Assembly: GCA_051942205.1 (NCBI GenBank)
Contig: JAVECO010000041.1
Coordinates: 62,001-126,000 of the forward strand
Source of the DNA: Coniocarpon cinnabarinum
Taxonomy: Eukaryota
Length of the DNA: 64,000 bases
Reading direction: 5' to 3'
In this document: positions 60,088 to 64,000 of the stretch, in pieces
Numbering within the stretch: position 1 is the stretch's first letter
Layout of the letters: every line of letters starts with the position of its first letter
The notes under the pieces: model-generated
Seen by the model: only the letters and a program-made list of their open reading frames with translations
Told to the model about the DNA's origin: nothing
The model's database searches: none
Program-made: the position numbers and the translations under genes

Positions 60088-61140
60088 CTATGCGACTGCA
60101 ACACCACTCGTTGCGCCATTACTGTCAAGAGTGGCATACTCCGTCTCACCGCTTCTCTCAAACTCTGCCATGTCCAAGGCTACAATGATACTGTCCTTGA
60201 CCACCTGCTCTTGATCATGGCGGAAGCTCTCTAGCACCTCCATCACACCTTGCTCATCACCCAAACTGCCGAGTGCCTCCGCAGCCTCATGCCGCACCAT
60301 ACTCTCTTCCTTCAGGTCGCCCAACACTCGGATGAGACTAGGTATGCTTGCAGGATGGCTCAATTGCCCAAAAACGAACGCAATTTCGTGCCTGAATAGC
60401 GCCGAGCTGTCCCTGAAGCCTTCTGCAAGCGCTTCCACCGCTGGCACCGCCGTCGGAAGATCAGGTGGCGAGGCGAGGTCTCTCAGGCCAAACATTGCTC
60501 GATATCGCTCGAACAGTGGTAGCCGTGGATTCATCAAATCATGCTTCAGACCGGGGATATCTGGCTCTTTTTGCTGGCTCTGCAAAGGCGTTGGTGGCGC
60601 GGGGTCTATTGAACTGAAATCGCTATCTTTACATTTTTCTGTGTGTCGTTGCTTCCCATGTTCCCATTGTATGCGCTCGACAGCCAGCTCGCACGTCTCA
60701 CGAACAACGACGGCCTCCTCTTGATCGTTCCTTCTCTCCGATAATAATGGCAAGCTTCCTTCATCACCAAGCGCGCCCAGTGCTTCAGCAGCTTCATGCC
60801 GGCACATTGAGTCTTCCCCTCTGTCATCTAGCACTTTGCGAAGATGTTTGATGGCGGCCGGATTCCTGCTCTGACCAAGACAGTAGGCAAGTTCGTGCTT
60901 AAGAAGTGCAGAAGGAGACGGGAAAGCAGCTGCTATCGCATCGATGGCGGGGAGTGTCTGAGGTGTCGGTGGCTGCAGAGCAGCATGGTGCTTGAGCGAA
61001 AAGAGGGCGCGAAAACGTTTAGCTAGAGGTGCGGACTCGTTTGTGAGAATTTTGCCGAGGGCGGGGATGTCGTCTTCATGCGGTTCTTTATTGGAATTGT
61101 GCGCGGCATCGATGACGGGCTCTATCTTTGACGGCGCCAT
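60088..61140 (-). CDS. LIA1: Deoxyhypusine hydroxylase
   Basis: RFRALFSLK and four HE motifs (LKHELAY, CRHEAAEALG, FRHEIAF, VRHEAAEALG). Confidence 0.96.
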   Translation of the reverse strand: MAPSKIEPVIDAAHNSNKEPHEDDIPALGKILTNESAPLAKRFRALFSLKHHAALQPPTPQTLPAIDAIAAAFPSPSALLKHELAYCLGQSRNPAAIKHLRKVLDDRGEDSMCRHEAAEALGALGDEGSLPLLSERRNDQEEAVVVRETCELAVERIQWEHGKQRHTEKCKDSDFSSIDPAPPTPLQSQQKEPDIPGLKHDLMNPRLPLFERYRAMFGLRDLASPPDLPTAVPAVEALAEGFRDSSALFRHEIAFVFGQLSHPASIPSLIRVLGDLKEESMVRHEAAEALGSLGDEQGVMEVLESFRHDQEQVVKDSIIVALDMAEFERSGETEYATLDSNGATSGVAVA

Positions 61141-61508
61141 TGAATCAGTGAAGAACTCCCTCGAAAAATCAACTTTACTCTCTTGTATGGTCGTGGACTA
61201 GAGACTTGTCGAAAACTTTTCTGAATCGTACCCCAGGCGGGGCTGTAGAAGCGGCAGTTGCCGTGTGCCCCCCACTTAAGTACATTCAGGCAGGGTCGTA
61301 TTACTGTATAGCCGGTGTAGTTACTTGGATGTTGGAGGTGTACAGTGACTGTGCCTTGTTGACATTTCAACAGCGCACTGGGGCAGTGCTAGCATTTCTT
61401 CATTACGGAAGGTCGCTTTAAACGTGCTGAAGATCATTCAGGTCTAATCTTTGCCGCAGAACTCTTCATCTCGCGATCCCATCCTCAAGCACAGCGCAAC
61501 TAAGGACA

Positions 61509-62570
61509 ATGAGTCAAGATGGCGGGCATTCAGTGTTCTTCGAGAGCGAGTCTGCGACAAACGAAGAAGCGCATGAAATAGCGGACTCGGTAAAGCCTCA
61601 GAAATCCAACCTAGATCTCATCAATGAGACCGACAGCTTCCCCTACTACACGACCAATCCATCCGCCTATACGCATTACACCGAAACGCACTACCATCTC
61701 CTGGTCGCGGATCATATACCCACGCTCGGACTCGTCCTGCCTTCAGTCGCTGAAGTATTTCGAAACATTCCAGGATGGGAGCTCGACGAGAAACTGCATA
61801 CACTGACGTTGGTTGCTGGGAAGGATCGTCAATCTCGGTCGGCTGTTGTGGCTGCGACGGCAGCTGCCATGCGAGCTACTGGACACTTCCAGGTGCTGAG
61901 CAAATGGAGGGATGAGCTTTACCCCGTATTTGCGGAAGACGGCACGGTCCTGTTTGATATTGAGCGAGCTGCGAGTGCTCTCTTTGGGATCGTCACCTAT
62001 GGTTGTCATATGACCATGTATGTGAAAGAGCAGGTGAATGGAGAAGAGGTCACTCGCATCTGGGTGCCGAGACGCGCTCGACACAAGGAGACGTACGGCG
62101 GAATGCTGGATAATACCGTTGCAGGAGGCCTGAGTTGTGGAGAGACACCTTTCTCTGGTTTAGTACGGGAAGCCGAGGAAGAGGCCAGTCTTGATCCAGA
62201 ACTTATTCGCACACGGGCAAAAGCTGCAGGGACGGTCTCATACTTCCACATTCGAGATGCAAGAGCAGGAGGCGAGAGAGGCCTGCTGCAGCCAGAATGT
62301 CAGTATGTGTATGACATGGAAGTTGATACCGACGTCATTCCAAAGCCCAGCGACGGAGAGGTAGAGGGGTTCGAATTGATGGGAGTAGAAGAGGTAAAAA
62401 AGGCTATGGCACACGGTGAATTCAAGCCAAATTGTGCGCTGGTCCTGCTTGACTTTTTCATCCGAAGAGGCGACTTGACGGCGGAGGAAGACGATCATTA
62501 CGCTGAGATCGTGAGTCGCCTGCATAGAGTCCTTGAGTTTCCAACGGCCAGGTCATGGAGAACTTCATAG
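61509..62570 (+). CDS. Nudix hydrolase (yeast YJR142W-like, thiamine-pyrophosphokinase-related N-terminal domain)
   Basis: WRDELYPV, IERAASALFGI, WVPRR, LDNTVAGG, Nudix box GETPFSGLVREAEEEASL, LQPE, FKPNC. Confidence 0.9.
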   Translation: MSQDGGHSVFFESESATNEEAHEIADSVKPQKSNLDLINETDSFPYYTTNPSAYTHYTETHYHLLVADHIPTLGLVLPSVAEVFRNIPGWELDEKLHTLTLVAGKDRQSRSAVVAATAAAMRATGHFQVLSKWRDELYPVFAEDGTVLFDIERAASALFGIVTYGCHMTMYVKEQVNGEEVTRIWVPRRARHKETYGGMLDNTVAGGLSCGETPFSGLVREAEEEASLDPELIRTRAKAAGTVSYFHIRDARAGGERGLLQPECQYVYDMEVDTDVIPKPSDGEVEGFELMGVEEVKKAMAHGEFKPNCALVLLDFFIRRGDLTAEEDDHYAEIVSRLHRVLEFPTARSWRTS

Positions 62571-62885
62571 TTTGCAGCTGCCTTCAAGCCCGCAGTGTGG
62601 AATTTTGCGGGAACAGATATGCAATATGTCAACAGCATTGCCCGAAATTCACGCTCTTCATGGCAGCCGTGCTACTATTGTATGCGCATTCTCGCTTTTC
62701 GCCAGAGGCACTGACCCGTCGCTCAATGATGCGGCCTCTTCTGTGGTTCGTTGTTGAGTGTCTTGGTGATCGAGCCTCACGAGCTGCAATACCGAGCGTG
62801 AAGCCTCCACAATCATGCGTAATGTTGCAGAATGCTCATTGCTCATGTCTGTTTAATTTTTCGGTCACGAATTCTCAGTCGAGGT

Positions 62886-63370
62886 CTACTTCTTTACAAG
62901 TAGAAACACATGGTCAACCCGCAGACTAGTGAGCTTCTTGAAAGGCCCTCGAATATCCATCAAGAGCCCGCCAAATGACACGTAGATTCGTCTACAGCAT
63001 GGTCAGCAACGATCATGCAAGGTAAGCGGATTGCCACTCACAATTGGCCTTCTGTCTCCGTATCAAAGCGATAAATCTTGCCGCGACAGACATAGTCATA
63101 CATGTCTGCCAACGACTGTTCCCCGCTGCGTGTGAACTCTTTCCAGCCCTTGCTGTCATCCTTTGTGCCATCCAGATTCAGAGTGCTTGCCAGGACCACC
63201 TGCAGCTCGTTACCGACCTCGACGTCGAAAAGCTCTTTGTTGATATCGAGTGACATTTCTGTATCGCGCGCGAGTGACTCGGTTTGCAGGCGGGAAACAC
63301 GTTCATACTTGCCGCTTTCGATGCCAATGACCGTGAAAGTGTCGTCGTAAAGCTGAGAATCACTCGACAT
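62886..63370 (-). CDS. RPB8: RNA polymerases I/II/III common subunit RPABC3; intron 62992..63041
   Basis: KYERVSR, LDINKELF, SLADMYDYVCRGKIYRF, and a spliced last exon YVSFGGLLM...HVFLLVKK*. Confidence 0.96.
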
Positions 63371-63485
63371 CGCAACTCTGGCTGAGGAAGCGCTATTGCA
63401 AGTTTTTGCGACACAACCCAAGCTCTACCAATTGTTAGAGCTATTGAGATCCTTATGGCTCAATTGCTTCTGGACTAGCTCGAAC

Positions 63486-63497
63486 AGTCACGTGACT
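63486..63497. promoter_or_regulatory. Perfect palindromic E-box AGTCACGTGACT upstream of RPB8 (Cbf1-type bHLH site)
   Basis: 12-bp palindrome containing GTCACGTG, ~115 bp upstream of the RPB8 ATG. Confidence 0.5.
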
Positions 63498-63711
63498 ATA
63501 CATCAATGGAAGTCATCTTGTACCTACATTTACACTGCACTGCACCCGAGGATCACAAGCGGAGATTTTCCTAGGAGACTCATTCTATTCTTTTTACGCG
63601 TCACTTCGCCTACAGAATTGCGTACGGCCTTACCTTGCGTTGTCGTCGCACATAGTCGAACGACTTTCGTTTTTACTCCTTGGCTTCATTGAATTATGAT
63701 GAGTTATTGAC

Positions 63712-64000
63712 TTACATAGGCATAGAATGCATCTCCTCAATCGTCCAATACTTCCGCATATTGGGCGCAGCTAAAGTCGCGACTTCTTCATCCAAATGAG
63801 TCCACAACACGTTCCCCCATTTCTGCATACATTCTCGTACCTCCTCACGGCGAAAATCACGGCTGCCATCCCGACACTGATTTAGATACTCCTCAAGCTC
63901 ATCCATTCCCTTATGAATCTGTTTGTGCTGCTCCAGGTGTGGCGCGTTTGGCCGAAACTCTGGCATTCGCTCCGCCAGATATGGGAAGATGTATCGTTCC
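63712..64000 (-). CDS. Hemerythrin/HHE cation-binding domain protein, 5' part outside the window
   Basis: The frame is open to the window end: ERYIFPYLAERMPEF...EQHKQIHKGMD...LWTHLDEEV. Confidence 0.85.
   Translation of the reverse strand, partial: ERYIFPYLAERMPEFRPNAPHLEQHKQIHKGMDELEEYLNQCRDGSRDFRREEVRECMQKWGNVLWTHLDEEVATLAAPNMRKYWTIEEMHSMPM

Noticed and set aside
12374..64000. Iron-related 'cluster' (sreA, di-iron DOHH, hemerythrin)
   Set aside because: The genes are ~46-50 kb apart among unrelated housekeeping genes, and I saw no ATCWGATAA SreA sites in their promoters.
1..64000. Intact transposons, CRISPR arrays, rRNA, secondary-metabolite backbone genes
   Set aside because: No transposase/RT/integrase ORFs, LTR/TIR pairs, repeat-spacer arrays, rRNA-like sequence or PKS/NRPS motifs were seen by eye; the DNA is eukaryotic.

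Overview
Gene-dense, intron-containing nuclear DNA from a filamentous ascomycete (Pezizomycotina). Support: GT-AG introns of mostly ~50-110 nt with CTRAC/CTAAT branch points, and fungal-type proteins. It holds about 32 protein-coding genes and one intron-containing tRNA-Thr(CGT). Most are housekeeping genes: APL6, a pof10-like F-box/UIM gene, ELP4, sreA, a ModF-like ABC ATPase, NYV1/VAMP7, a GH92 mannosidase, ULA1, RKI1, NECAP, a divergent eIF2B-alpha, ERG2, GILT, an XprF-like hexokinase, SCC2, RPA12, DOHH, a Nudix hydrolase, RPB8 and a hemerythrin-like gene. The most unusual part is an accessory-looking island at ~21.9-26.3 kb. There a minimal protein-kinase-like gene sits head-to-head with a PD-(D/E)xK nuclease-like gene, the two catalytic domain types that are fused in Spok meiotic drivers. 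The kinase has an in-frame UAG followed by 99 more open codons. The nuclease gene has long introns with an apparent zero-length-exon (AG|GTAAGT) splice site. A three-exon secreted Cys/Thr-rich gene at 51.4-52.6 kb, missing from the ORF track, shares a Cys module with the small secreted protein at 21.9 kb. All exon models were derived by hand from splice signals and frame continuity. Family calls come from motif recognition, not database searches.
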